A DNA stretch of 64,000 nt from an uncultured Bifidobacterium sp. (GTDB taxonomy: Bacteria; Verrucomicrobiota; Verrucomicrobiia; Limisphaerales; JADLHS01). Under the pieces are notes generated by a model, which searched no databases, had not been told where the DNA came from, and was given only the letters and a program-made list of their open reading frames with translations. The DNA lies in the NCBI GenBank assembly GCA_964539515.1, contig CAZIJO010000002.1, positions 25,360 through 89,359 of the forward strand. Direction: 5' to 3'. Positions 7,981 through 17,951 of the stretch are shown here, one piece after another (the stretch's first letter is position 1; every line of letters starts with the position of its first letter). The translations under genes were made by a program, and so were the position numbers.

Positions 7981-10900
7981 TCACTGTGCTACGACACGAT
8001 AAAGTCTTTGAGCAATACCAACTGTCTGGTCGTTGAACCAGCCCTGATTACCCACGATGGTCACGCCGTTGTCGAGGTCCTGCCAGGTTGGGTCCGCCGA
8101 GTCGTTCTTGAATTGAACGCGATACGTTCTGCCGGCAACTGTCGGCCAGGTGAGCCAGCAGCCTTTGGGCGAGTTTGGCCCCGAAACGATGGTTACGCGG
8201 AACAAGGGAACCATGTTCGTAGAAACTAGGCTGTACGCGAAGACGTCGTTGTAATGGTTGAAATCGTGGGCGATGAGATCGGAGGCAGCCGAGGCGAAAG
8301 CAATCGTCTTGCCGTCGCCACTGAAGACGGGCGTGAGTGATCGATTATTGGCGGATGTGCCGGGGAAACCGCCCGCGCTTAGGAGCAGTGTGGCGCCAGT
8401 GGTTCGGTCCCAAACGAAGACGTCGGGGACGCCATTTAAATCGTTGGGGACGAGGTTGCTCGCTGCGCTGCGATAGGCGACAAAGCGCCCGTCTGGAGTG
8501 ATATCTGGCGAGTCGGAGACGCCATTTGCGGCACCATCAAAGGCGCGACTCACGAGTAGATTTGAGGAAGTCTGGAAGTCGTAGAAGTAGATGTCCGCGA
8601 GGCCGTTGGTGTCGCCAGGCGCATTCGTGCCGGCGGTCTGGTAAATGAGATACCGCCCATCCGCACTGAATTTTAGATAGCGTGATGCGGCGGAAGCGAT
8701 CGGGAAGTTGGTACCCGCGACTCGATCCACGACCTGGAGTTGCCAGGTGCTCAACAGGCAAGCAACGCGGTTGCCGTCTGGGCTGATGGCGACATTCGTC
8801 AACGTGTTCGGCAGCGTGGCTGTGTAGATTCGCGTGTGAGATTGAGAATCCCAAATCCACAAACTGTTGCCTGCGGAACCGCGCGAGGCGACATACCGGC
8901 CATCAGGCGTCATCGCGGCTGCGAGCGACGTTGGCCCGGTCACATTGGTGGAAACGGCGTAAGTGACGTTCGCTACCAAATCCCTCCAAAACACATTGTC
9001 TGCGGTCGTACCAAACGAACCAACAGCGAGATCGCTGGCGAAACTGTGGAGCAGAACTGCATGGCCATCGGTGCTGAGAGCGGGAGACGACGAGGCTCGG
9101 TTGGCGCCGAACCCATTCATGTTTGCACTCGCCAACACCGTGCGGCCCGTTTGCAAATCCCGCACGAACACGTCAAACGCGGCATTCGTGTCGCCCGGCA
9201 CGATGTTATCGGCGCTGCTGGTAAACGCCACGTAGCGGCCATCGGGGCTGATCACCGGCTCGAAAGACCAGCCGTTCGCGGGCGAGATTCCGTTGCTGTC
9301 CACACTGATGAGGATGTTGGTTCCGGTCAGAAGATCACGCACCAGCACGTCCCGAAATCCGTTCGTATCATTTGGGAATAAGTTCTCCGCGTCGCTGACG
9401 AACACGACGTAACGCCCATCACCGCTCCACGACAGAGCCGGTAACAAACTGGGACCATTGGGCGTCACCGAGGCCAAATCCGCGTCCCTCGCGGAGATCA
9501 ACTCCGTGACATTGAGCGCTGTGTGCCGGACGAAGACGTCACCGTTCCGGTTGATATCGCCGGCCACGCGACTGCCATCTGGCACCGCAAACGCGGTCAG
9601 ACGACCATCCCCACTGAGGCGCGGAACTGCCATGGCTCCGTCCTCCAATCCTGCGCCATTCGTATCAGTATCCAGCAAGCTTGTGACGCCCGTCTGCATA
9701 TCGCGCAGGAACAGATGGTATTCACCGGCGAGCGCATTCGTAACCAGGTTGGTGGCGCTGCTCATGAACGCCACGAACCGGCCGTCGGGCGTGATCGCCG
9801 GCCAGTCGCAGATGGCGTTGGTCGGTGCTGCGCCGTCAAGGCCGACGCTTACGAGCAGGTTTGTGCCCGTCTGGGCGTCCCAGAGTTGGATGAGGGTGTT
9901 GTTCACGACCCCAGCCCCAACGTTGACTACAAACACAATGAAGCGGCCATCGGGCGTCATGACCGGGTTAACGGTATCTTCGACGGTCGTCGCGGGTCTG
10001 GCGGCATTGGTAGATATGACGTCGGTTGCCCCGGAGCCGAGATTAAAGCGCAGCACAATTCCCGAAAATGTGTTGGTCGTTTGGCCGACTTCGTACGCAA
10101 CAAACTGACCGTCATCGCTGATCATGTGGCCAAAGGAAATCGCGTTGGGCTTATTTTGGAAGAGTTGCAACGCCGTGCGCGCGTAACTGCTGGCCCAAAT
10201 GGTTGTTCCCGCCAACGTATCGCGGACGTAAATGTCGCCGTAGTTCGTGGTGCCGGGCAGGAGGCCGATTGCGCTGCTGTAGTACACGACGTAGCGCCCA
10301 TCCGGGGTAATCTGCGGCGACTCCGAGCTTCGGTTGGCTGTCCTCGCACCAACGCTGACCAAGGTCGTGGTTTGCGTTTGCAAATCGCGGAGGAATACAT
10401 CGGGAATGCCGTTCGTGTCGTCCGGCACAAGGTTGTTAGCCGCGCTGACGAACGCAACGTAGCGCCCGTCCGGGGTCATTGTCGCACTGCGCGAGCCGCC
10501 GTTGCCAACGCCGCCGTTCGTGCCGGCACTGACGAGCACAGTTGTTGCGGCGGCGATTTCCCGGATGAACACATCCGTACTGCTGTTCGTATCATCTTCA
10601 ACGAGGTCACTGGCGTTGCTCTCGAAGAGCACGTAAGCGCCATTCGTTGACATCCCGGCTGGGAGAGAGTCGCCATTGCCTCCGCCGGTACCAGAGATAC
10701 CCGCACTCACCAACAGGGTGGTCGCGTTCGTGCGATCGCGCAGGAAAACATTCAACCGTGGTACAACCGACGCCACCAGCGTTGGGCTATTGGTGATTAC
10801 GGGCAGATCGTTGGCCGAACTGGCGAACAGCACGAAACGACCGTCGTGGCTGATAATGGGAAGTCCGGAATCGCCGTTCGCCGACGCAGATGCCGGAGCG

Positions 10901-11010
10901 GTTGCATCCATGGTTGAGACAATCTGTACCGGACCGCCCGCTCCACGAAAAGCCAACCCGAACAGGACCAAAGTCGCCGTGATGCTTCTCAAGAATTCAC
11001 CGACTCTCAT
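7981..11010 (-). CDS. large secreted PD40 / TolB-like beta-propeller repeat protein (1009 aa)
   Basis: Signal peptide, then about 15-17 tandem units (counted by eye) of the type TPDGRYVAFxSxAxNLVPxDTNGxxDVFxRD. It ends with a beta-rich module whose last residues are RLYRVVAQ. Confidence 0.9.
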   Translation of the reverse strand: MRVGEFLRSITATLVLFGLAFRGAGGPVQIVSTMDATAPASASANGDSGLPIISHDGRFVLFASSANDLPVITNSPTLVASVVPRLNVFLRDRTNATTLLVSAGISGTGGGNGDSLPAGMSTNGAYVLFESNASDLVEDDTNSSTDVFIREIAAATTVLVSAGTNGGVGNGGSRSATMTPDGRYVAFVSAANNLVPDDTNGIPDVFLRDLQTQTTTLVSVGARTANRSSESPQITPDGRYVVYYSSAIGLLPGTTNYGDIYVRDTLAGTTIWASSYARTALQLFQNKPNAISFGHMISDDGQFVAYEVGQTTNTFSGIVLRFNLGSGATDVISTNAARPATTVEDTVNPVMTPDGRFIVFVVNVGAGVVNNTLIQLWDAQTGTNLLVSVGLDGAAPTNAICDWPAITPDGRFVAFMSSATNLVTNALAGEYHLFLRDMQTGVTSLLDTDTNGAGLEDGAMAVPRLSGDGRLTAFAVPDGSRVAGDINRNGDVFVRHTALNVTELISARDADLASVTPNGPSLLPALSWSGDGRYVVFVSDAENLFPNDTNGFRDVLVRDLLTGTNILISVDSNGISPANGWSFEPVISPDGRYVAFTSSADNIVPGDTNAAFDVFVRDLQTGRTVLASANMNGFGANRASSSPALSTDGHAVLLHSFASDLAVGSFGTTADNVFWRDLVANVTYAVSTNVTGPTSLAAAMTPDGRYVASRGSAGNSLWIWDSQSHTRIYTATLPNTLTNVAISPDGNRVACLLSTWQLQVVDRVAGTNFPIASAASRYLKFSADGRYLIYQTAGTNAPGDTNGLADIYFYDFQTSSNLLVSRAFDGAANGVSDSPDITPDGRFVAYRSAASNLVPNDLNGVPDVFVWDRTTGATLLLSAGGFPGTSANNRSLTPVFSGDGKTIAFASAASDLIAHDFNHYNDVFAYSLVSTNMVPLFRVTIVSGPNSPKGCWLTWPTVAGRTYRVQFKNDSADPTWQDLDNGVTIVGNQGWFNDQTVGIAQRLYRVVAQ

Positions 11011-11188
11011 TGGTTGCCTCTCACTGACGTCAGATACCCCAGCCCCGAGATTTCTGGCACGATTCCGTCAGGATTGTCCCACTGGCAGTTTGACCCGTCA
11101 ACGCCCTTTTAAAGCCGTTTCCGCGTCGTCACAACCCCGACAATTGTATCTGGCCATCCTTGGAACATCTGACAGACTACCCAGGACA

Positions 11189-12925
11189 ATGCAGCCAGAT
11201 CAGGCAATGGCATTGTCGCACGCGTCTATGTGTCGACGACTCGCGATGGCCGCCCTGCTTTCATTTTCTTGCAGGGCTATGTTGATCGTCACGGTCGCCC
11301 CGCTCGCTAACGCCTCGGGTGACGCTTTGTCGCATCAGGATGCCATCCAGCAACCGGCCACCGCTTCAACCTCCTGGCAGACGACCGGCGACCGAACCAT
11401 TTTCGAGGTTAACGACCACGAGGTATTGAATCCAATCAAGTCGGGCCGCTGGCGCTTGTCAGGGGTTCTGGAGATTCGTTTCACTGGTCGCGTCCAACCA
11501 CACGAGAATTCCGTGTTTCGATTGTTTGACCCCGGCGTCGAAGCCATTGCAGGACGTTTCGAGCGGGTCATTCTTCCCGACGGATGGCGTTACGCTCTCA
11601 ACTACGACGAGCCGGCACGCTCCGTGATCCTTTCCAACCTCCGCCCGGATCGGGCGCCGGCGTTTCCCGGCGCGGAAGGCTTCGGGAAGTTCACCCTGGG
11701 CGGACGCGGCGGCCGGGTCATCGAGGTGACCAACCTCAATGACCACGGGCCGGGCAGTTTCCGCGCAGCGTGCATGGCGGAGGGACCGCGCACCGTCGTG
11801 TTTCGCGTTTCGGGCACGATTCCGTTGGAATCCAAGTTCAAGATCACCCATCCCTACCTCACGATTGCCGGTCAGACCGCGCCCGGCGATGGCATTTGCA
11901 TCAAGAATTACCAGGTCAACTTCGACACGCACGACTTGATCATCCGGTATCTCCGGTTTCGACCGGGGGACGAGAAAGGGATCGAGCAGGACGGCTTTGG
12001 CGGTCAGGGTGACCACATCATGATCGACCACTGCTCGGTTAGTTGGGGCGTGGACGAAACGCTTTCCATCAACAAAGCCGCGAACCTCACCGTGCAATGG
12101 TGTCTGGTCAGCGAGAGCCTCACCAGATCCATTCACCAGAAAGGTGCGCACGGCTATGGCGGATTGTGGGGCGGCCCCGGCGGTTCGTATCATCACAACA
12201 TCCTGGCGCATCACAGCAGCCGGAACCCGCGGGCTTCGGGTAATCCGGACTCCGGCCTGCTCGATTATCGGAACAACGTGATTTACAACTGGGGCTTTAA
12301 CAGCGCCTATGGCGGTGAGTTGTGGCCGCGGAATTGGATCAACAATTACTACAAAGCCGGTCCCGCCACGGCCGAGCCAGTTCGCCGGCGGATCTTTCTG
12401 CAAAAGGATCCGCGGGGAAAAATGTACACCGCCGGCAATTTCGTGTTCGGTCATCCGGCCATATCGGCGGACAACTGGTCGGGCGGCATCGATTTTGCCC
12501 CGGACGGTGCAGCCACGGAAATGACGCTGCGGGTGAACCAACCTTTTGTCGTGGCGCCCGTGACCACGCAACCGGCCGAGGCGGCTTACGAATTAGTCCT
12601 TGCCCAGGCGGGGTGTTCGTTGTTTCGTGATTCGGTTGACCGGCGCCTCATTGAGGAGATACGCACCGGCAGAGCGCGGTTTGGCGAGACGTATGGTGGG
12701 GGCGGCAAGGGCATTATTGATTCGCAGACTGCGGTGGGAGGCTGGCCAGCGCTGCGTTCGCGGCCGGCGCCCAAGGATACGGATCACGACGGCATGCCGG
12801 ATGACTGGGAGCGAAAACAGGGATTGGACCTGAACAATCCGGCCGATGGAGTGTCGGATGCCAATAACGACGGTTACACAAATCTCGAAGCCTATTTGAA
12901 CTCAATCACCCCAAACCCAAACTGA
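11189..12925 (+). CDS. pectate lyase (PL1-like) with C-terminal thrombospondin-type-3-like tail
   Basis: ORF 10676-12925, but its first ~170 codons overlap the PD40 gene. In-frame ATGs lie at 11189 and 11228, and MCRRLAMAALLSFSCRAMLIVTVAPLANA is a signal peptide. Motifs: FPGAEGFGKFTLGGRGGRVIEVTNLNDHGPGSFR; IMIDHCSVSWGVDE; C-terminal DTDHDGMPDDWERKQGLDLNNPADGVSDANNDGYTNLEAYLN. Confidence 0.85.
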   Translation: MQPDQAMALSHASMCRRLAMAALLSFSCRAMLIVTVAPLANASGDALSHQDAIQQPATASTSWQTTGDRTIFEVNDHEVLNPIKSGRWRLSGVLEIRFTGRVQPHENSVFRLFDPGVEAIAGRFERVILPDGWRYALNYDEPARSVILSNLRPDRAPAFPGAEGFGKFTLGGRGGRVIEVTNLNDHGPGSFRAACMAEGPRTVVFRVSGTIPLESKFKITHPYLTIAGQTAPGDGICIKNYQVNFDTHDLIIRYLRFRPGDEKGIEQDGFGGQGDHIMIDHCSVSWGVDETLSINKAANLTVQWCLVSESLTRSIHQKGAHGYGGLWGGPGGSYHHNILAHHSSRNPRASGNPDSGLLDYRNNVIYNWGFNSAYGGELWPRNWINNYYKAGPATAEPVRRRIFLQKDPRGKMYTAGNFVFGHPAISADNWSGGIDFAPDGAATEMTLRVNQPFVVAPVTTQPAEAAYELVLAQAGCSLFRDSVDRRLIEEIRTGRARFGETYGGGGKGIIDSQTAVGGWPALRSRPAPKDTDHDGMPDDWERKQGLDLNNPADGVSDANNDGYTNLEAYLNSITPNPN

Positions 12926-12927
12926 TT

Positions 12928-14274
12928 ATGGAACTCACGCGCAGACAATTCCTTCGCAAAACCACAACGGCCGTGATCGTCGGTGGCATGATGGCCCACG
13001 GCAAGGTCTTCGGGGCCAACAACCGCATCGGGATGTGCACCATCGGCTTCAACGGCCAGGGGCGATCCCATATCAATGACATCCTGAAGATGAAGGACGA
13101 AGCCCAGTACGTGGCTCTTTGTGATGTGGATGCGGAGGTGCGGGAACGCGGCGCGAAGCAGGTGGCCGAGGCCCAGGGCAAGGCCCCGAAGCTTTACCCG
13201 GACATCCGCGAGGCGCTAAAAGACAAGGACATCGACGCGGTCACCATCGCCACCCCCAATCACTGGCACACGCTCGGAGCGATCTGGGCGAGTCAGGCGG
13301 GAAAGGACGTTTACGTGGAGAAACCGCTTTCGCACAGTGTGTATGAAGGCCGGCAACTTGCCGCCGCGGCGGAAAAATACAAACGCATCGTGCAGCACGG
13401 CACCCAGAGCCGCGCCAATCCCACGCTCCGGCGCGACATCCAGCTGATGCACGACGGTTTCATTGGCGAGATCGTGGAATCCCGCGGCTACGTTTACAAG
13501 AACGGCAATCGCGGCCCCATCGGCCATGGCCAACCCGGCCCGGTGCCGCCGAACCTCGACTGGACGCTCTGGCAGGGGCCGGCCCGCGAGCAGGAATTCA
13601 GGATCAACACCGACCGCAAAAAGCCGGGCCTCTATGTCCACTACGACTGGCATTATTTCTGGGAATACGGCAACGGTGAGATTGGCAACCAAGGCGTGCA
13701 CCAGATGGATATCGCCTGTTGGGGGCATAACCGGGGCTTGCCGGTGACGGTCTTCAGTTCGGGAGGGCGGTTTGGTTTAAACGACGACGGCCAGACGCCG
13801 AACACCCAGGCCACCACTTTCACCTACGCGGATGGCACCATCATGACTTTTCAAGTGCGCAACCTCGGCTCGTTCGAGGAGTTCGAAGGCAGCAATTGCG
13901 GCAACAGCTTTTTCGGCACCAAAGGATTCTACGTGGTGGGCCGGGGCTTCTTCTCCTACAAGGAAGGCAAGAAAGACGGCAAACCCAGCGACCGCGATGC
14001 CATCCCCGTGCCCGACAATGCGCCCGCACTCGACAAGGGCAACAAGTGGGAGCGCTTCTTCAAGGCCATCCGCTCGCGCAACCCGGCAGACATGCCGGTA
14101 TCCACGCTCGATGCCCATCACTCCTGCGTGCATTGCCAGATCGGCAACATCGCCTTTCGTCTGGGGCGTTCGCTGGAATTCGAGCCCAAGACGGAACAAT
14201 TCAAGGACCGGGAAGCCAACCAGTTTCTCAAGCGCGATTATCGCCAGGGCTTTGAAGTTCCGAAGCTCGCTTAA
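12928..14274 (+). CDS. Tat-signal Gfo/Idh/MocA-family oxidoreductase
   Basis: Twin-arginine leader MELTRRQFLRKTTTAVIVGG. Rossmann N-terminus IGMCTIGFNGQGRSH. The GKDVYVEKPLSH motif is typical of the family. Confidence 0.85.
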   Translation: MELTRRQFLRKTTTAVIVGGMMAHGKVFGANNRIGMCTIGFNGQGRSHINDILKMKDEAQYVALCDVDAEVRERGAKQVAEAQGKAPKLYPDIREALKDKDIDAVTIATPNHWHTLGAIWASQAGKDVYVEKPLSHSVYEGRQLAAAAEKYKRIVQHGTQSRANPTLRRDIQLMHDGFIGEIVESRGYVYKNGNRGPIGHGQPGPVPPNLDWTLWQGPAREQEFRINTDRKKPGLYVHYDWHYFWEYGNGEIGNQGVHQMDIACWGHNRGLPVTVFSSGGRFGLNDDGQTPNTQATTFTYADGTIMTFQVRNLGSFEEFEGSNCGNSFFGTKGFYVVGRGFFSYKEGKKDGKPSDRDAIPVPDNAPALDKGNKWERFFKAIRSRNPADMPVSTLDAHHSCVHCQIGNIAFRLGRSLEFEPKTEQFKDREANQFLKRDYRQGFEVPKLA

Positions 14275-14294
14275 AATTGAAACCACCCAAGATC

Positions 14295-15638
14295 ATGAAA
14301 ACGCGACCACCCCAGCCGCGCCTGAATGCCTCCACCGTTTCCCGACGGGAATTCCTCCGCACCACCCGTAATATCGCAGTGCTCGCCGGCCTGGGGGTCA
14401 CGGGCCCAAGCCTTTTCTTGAATCGCACCAAGGCCGCCACCGGGCAGAATCCCAGCGAATTCATCCGCGTCGGTTTCATCGGTGTCGGCGGCCAGGGCAA
14501 CAGCAATCTCCAAGCGCTGATGAAAAATGCGGTGGCGGTGTGCGACGTGGATCAGACCCGCGCGCAGGCCACCAAGGCGCGCGTCGAGCAGGCCAATGGC
14601 CGGCCGTGCGCGGTGTTTGGCGACTACCGAAAAATGCTCGAAGACAAGGCCATTGATGCCGTCCTCATCAGTACGCCCGATCACTGGCATACCCTGCCCG
14701 CCCTCCACGCGTGCGAAGCCGGCAAGGATGTGTATTGCGAGAAACCGCTCACGCTGTTCATCGACGAGGGCCGGGTGTTGGTGAACACCGTGCGCCGCAC
14801 CCAGCGGGTCTTCCAGACCGGGAGCCAGCAGCGCTCCGAAGCCAAGTTTCTCAAGGCCTGCGAATATGTCCGTTCGGGCCGCATCGGAAAAATCAAGACG
14901 GTGAAGGTCGGACTGCCGAGTGTAAACTATTTGGAGCGGGCCACCAAACCGCCCATCATTCCGGACAGCCCGCCGCCCCCCGAACTGGATTACGAGATGT
15001 GGCTGGGCCCCGCACCGCACCGCCCGTACAACAAAAACCACGTTCACTATCTGTTCCGTTTTTTCTGGGATTATTCCGGCGGCCAGATGACCAACTTTGG
15101 CGCGCATCACCTCGACATTACGCAATGGGGTTTGGGCATGGATGCGAGCGGGCCGGTGGAAATCGAAGGCACGGCCGTTTACAACGCGGAGAAGTATTAC
15201 GAAACTCCGCAGACCTTTGACGTCACGTACAAATCTGCCAATGGCACCGTGGTGCTCTGCAACGGCGGCAGCAACAAATACCGGGTCGGCACCACCTTCG
15301 AAGGTGAAGGCGGGACCATTTTTGTCAGTCGCGGAAACGTGGAATCCACCCCGGACGAGATTCTCACCACGCCGCTGGACGACAAATCCGTGCGGCTCTA
15401 CGCCAGCAAGGATCATCATCAGAACTGGCTCGACTGCATCAAGAGCCGCCAGGATCCGATCTGCAACGTCGAGGTCGGTCATCGCTCCGCCACCGTCTGC
15501 CACCTGGGCAACATTGCCATCCGGACGGGCAAGAAAGTGCATTGGGATCCGAAGCAGGAGCAAGTGGTGGGCGATGCGGAAGTGGCCCGGTGGGTCCGCC
15601 GGCCCTATCGTGCGCCCTGGATACTGCCGCCGGTATGA
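14295..15638 (+). CDS. Tat-signal Gfo/Idh/MocA-family oxidoreductase (second copy)
   Basis: SRREFLRTTRNIAVLAGLGV; VGFIGVGGQGNSN; GKDVYCEKPLT. The track start at 14277 is TTG, so the ATG at 14295 is preferred. Confidence 0.85.
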   Translation: MKTRPPQPRLNASTVSRREFLRTTRNIAVLAGLGVTGPSLFLNRTKAATGQNPSEFIRVGFIGVGGQGNSNLQALMKNAVAVCDVDQTRAQATKARVEQANGRPCAVFGDYRKMLEDKAIDAVLISTPDHWHTLPALHACEAGKDVYCEKPLTLFIDEGRVLVNTVRRTQRVFQTGSQQRSEAKFLKACEYVRSGRIGKIKTVKVGLPSVNYLERATKPPIIPDSPPPPELDYEMWLGPAPHRPYNKNHVHYLFRFFWDYSGGQMTNFGAHHLDITQWGLGMDASGPVEIEGTAVYNAEKYYETPQTFDVTYKSANGTVVLCNGGSNKYRVGTTFEGEGGTIFVSRGNVESTPDEILTTPLDDKSVRLYASKDHHQNWLDCIKSRQDPICNVEVGHRSATVCHLGNIAIRTGKKVHWDPKQEQVVGDAEVARWVRRPYRAPWILPPV

Positions 15639-15747
15639 GCAGGTGACGCCGCTGCGACCGGCTGCCGTGTAGGGGTGGTGGCGCCGCTTTGGCGACCGTG
15701 GGTCCACCCCGAAGCCGTTCCGGACGCCGAGCCTGGGCCTGACTTCC

Positions 15748-17115
15748 TTACGGTGACACGGGCACGGCGTTGATTTCGATCTCTTTGCCGGTTCCAAATT
15801 GTGCCCGGCCGGAGATGAACGAATTCTGCAAAGCCGACGGGAACTGGTTCGGGAGCTTTTTCACATCCTTGGTCAGTGCGTCGTTGGGGCGCCCGGACTT
15901 TGCCAGGACCGGCATGTTGGTAAGCTCCACAAAGTTCCAACTAAAAACGACGTTCTGGTTAAGCGTGCGGTTGGTGCCGACGACCCGGTAACGGTGGCTC
16001 TGCGTTTGCGGTTGGGCCGTCGCGGCGGGCCCCGCCGGGAGCTGATTCAGTTTGCCACCGCTTTTGAATAACTGGCCGATTGGCTCCGGCTTGCCGCCAC
16101 CACCGCTGGCGCCGGTTGCCAGAACGGGTTCCGCCTCGCCGGTGTAAGTCGAGCCATCGCTGTCAACCACGCGCAGTTGCCGACCCGATTGCTCCACCCG
16201 GAAATTCTCAAGCACCGGGGAAACAAATCCGGCCGAATCAAGCTTGGCGACCTTTTCCTTGATCGGCGCGGCCTGGCGGGCAAAAGCCTGCGAGTAAGCG
16301 TAAGTTTGTGCCGACTCCGATTCGGAGACTTTGTTGGGAGGGGAAATGGCGGCCGGGCCCGCCGTATTGGTCAAGGCGGTGGCCGGCTGTTTTCCACGCA
16401 CGACAGCTGCCGCTCGTGGGGACAACAACGCTTCGGCGCTCGCGGCCTGACGCTCGGGTTGCGAACGGGCTGCCACTGGTGCCGCCGCGGTGAGAGTGGC
16501 GGATTTGTCCGCCCAAACCAGGCCCTCGTCGCGACCCCGCGCTGCTTCACGCTTTTGCTCAGCAGCGCTGGTAGGGGTGGCAGCGAATGACAAAGCAGCA
16601 TTCGCGTCCTGGCTCTTGCTCGAAACGTACCGGTCGGCTAGACCGGAAGCAGCTCCGGGCTGGTTCTGCGCGCTAACAGGAATTGAAGCCGGCGTTGTTT
16701 CCGAGTCAGCGGCTGGAGGCAACCTGGCGTATGAGCGCGAAGCGGCGCTGGCTTTGGGTTGTGGTCTTAGGCCGTCAGACTCGGCCGGCACGGACGCCTT
16801 TTGAATTGACGTTGGACCGAGCGCAAGCTGTTGGTTCCCTTGCGGAGTGAGCCACCACCAGGCGCCAATGGCAACCAGTACCAGCACGGTCACCGCCCCA
16901 GCGAACCGCGGCAGCCAGCCTCCCCAAAACGGTCGAGCTTCAAGAACGTGGCCCGCACCCGCCGGCCTTGGCTGGCCTGCCCTCAACTGTCTGGTGACTT
17001 CGCCCTGCAACAACCGCCGGGTGGCGGGATGCATTTCGACCGGCGCGCCAGCTTGGGCGCGGCGTTCCTTTGCCTGGCGGCGCAGCAGTTTTTCAATTGG
17101 CCGTTCGTCGTTCAT
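15748..17115 (-). CDS. anti-sigma factor-like single-pass membrane protein
   Basis: It starts 6 nt after the stop of the ECF sigma gene. It has a short cytoplasmic N-terminus, one TM helix (WLPRFAGAVTVLVLVAIGAWWWL) and a long Ala/Pro/Ser-rich extracytoplasmic part. Confidence 0.7.
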   Translation of the reverse strand: MNDERPIEKLLRRQAKERRAQAGAPVEMHPATRRLLQGEVTRQLRAGQPRPAGAGHVLEARPFWGGWLPRFAGAVTVLVLVAIGAWWWLTPQGNQQLALGPTSIQKASVPAESDGLRPQPKASAASRSYARLPPAADSETTPASIPVSAQNQPGAASGLADRYVSSKSQDANAALSFAATPTSAAEQKREAARGRDEGLVWADKSATLTAAAPVAARSQPERQAASAEALLSPRAAAVVRGKQPATALTNTAGPAAISPPNKVSESESAQTYAYSQAFARQAAPIKEKVAKLDSAGFVSPVLENFRVEQSGRQLRVVDSDGSTYTGEAEPVLATGASGGGGKPEPIGQLFKSGGKLNQLPAGPAATAQPQTQSHRYRVVGTNRTLNQNVVFSWNFVELTNMPVLAKSGRPNDALTKDVKKLPNQFPSALQNSFISGRAQFGTGKEIEINAVPVSP

Positions 17116-17121
17116 GGGTCG

Positions 17122-17784
17122 TCATCGGGCGTACAGCCCCGTGGGGCCACGCCCCTTCAATGGATTAGACGGGAACGCGCTGGATTGCTCCCGGGAAAAA
17201 ACCCTGGCGGCGATAACCTCCAGTTTGTCCAGGCATTTGCTCAAACGCGAACTGACCGTTTTGGGATTTAATTTCAGTTCGGCACTTAACTCTTCGTAAC
17301 TCAGGTCGCCGAAATAGCGCAGCTCGAGAATCTCCCGGCATGGTTCGCCCACCTGGTCGAGGGCGGTGTGAATCAGTTCGGCCCGCTCGACATTCAGCAA
17401 ATCCACGTCCGGCGCGGCCGCCGGGCTGGGCGGGTCCAGCGTGAGACCGGTTTCCGCGTCCTCGGCCTGCAATGAGAGCGGCACCTGTCCCCCGCCGCGT
17501 TTGGCCGCGTGCTGTTTTTCCCGGAAGTCCCGCGCCTTGTTGGCGGCAATCCGGAAGAGCCAGGTCTGAAACTGGCTCTCGCCCTGAAAGGAATTGATGT
17601 GCTTGATGACTGCGAGAAAAACCTCCTGACAGATTTCCTCAACATCCTCCCGGGTAAAGTCCGATGACAGCTGGAACACGAAGCGGCCAGCCGCTGCATA
17701 GTGGCGGTCAAACAACTCATCCCAAGCCGTCGCCTCGCCGCGACGGCAGCGGGCGAGCAGTTGGGCTTCCGGTTCGGCGCTCAT
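17122..17784 (-). CDS. ECF-type RNA polymerase sigma-70 family factor
   Basis: Region 2 (FDRHYAAAGRFVFQL...QEVFLAVIKHINSFQGESQFQTWLFRIAANKARDF) and region 4 (REILELRYFGDLSYEELSAELKLNPKTVSSRLSKCLDKL). Confidence 0.9.
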   Translation of the reverse strand: MSAEPEAQLLARCRRGEATAWDELFDRHYAAAGRFVFQLSSDFTREDVEEICQEVFLAVIKHINSFQGESQFQTWLFRIAANKARDFREKQHAAKRGGGQVPLSLQAEDAETGLTLDPPSPAAAPDVDLLNVERAELIHTALDQVGEPCREILELRYFGDLSYEELSAELKLNPKTVSSRLSKCLDKLEVIAARVFSREQSSAFPSNPLKGRGPTGLYAR

Positions 17785-17951
17785 CCACGGACAGTCTAAA
17801 GGATTGACCGCGGATCACCAGTTTTTGCTCAAGCCTGGCACAACCAGGTCAACGCGCCGGCTTCCAGACTTGAATCGAGCAAAAAACTGCCTTAGCCTGG
17901 CGGCATGCGAAAGCGAGCCGAGAATCGGCCGAGACTGCTTTTGCCGGTAAT

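Noticed and set aside
10676-11188. N-terminal extension of the second pectate-lyase ORF.
   Set aside because: It overlaps the 5' end of the PD40-repeat gene on the other strand and has no signal peptide. In-frame ATGs at 11189 and 11228 give a proper signal sequence.
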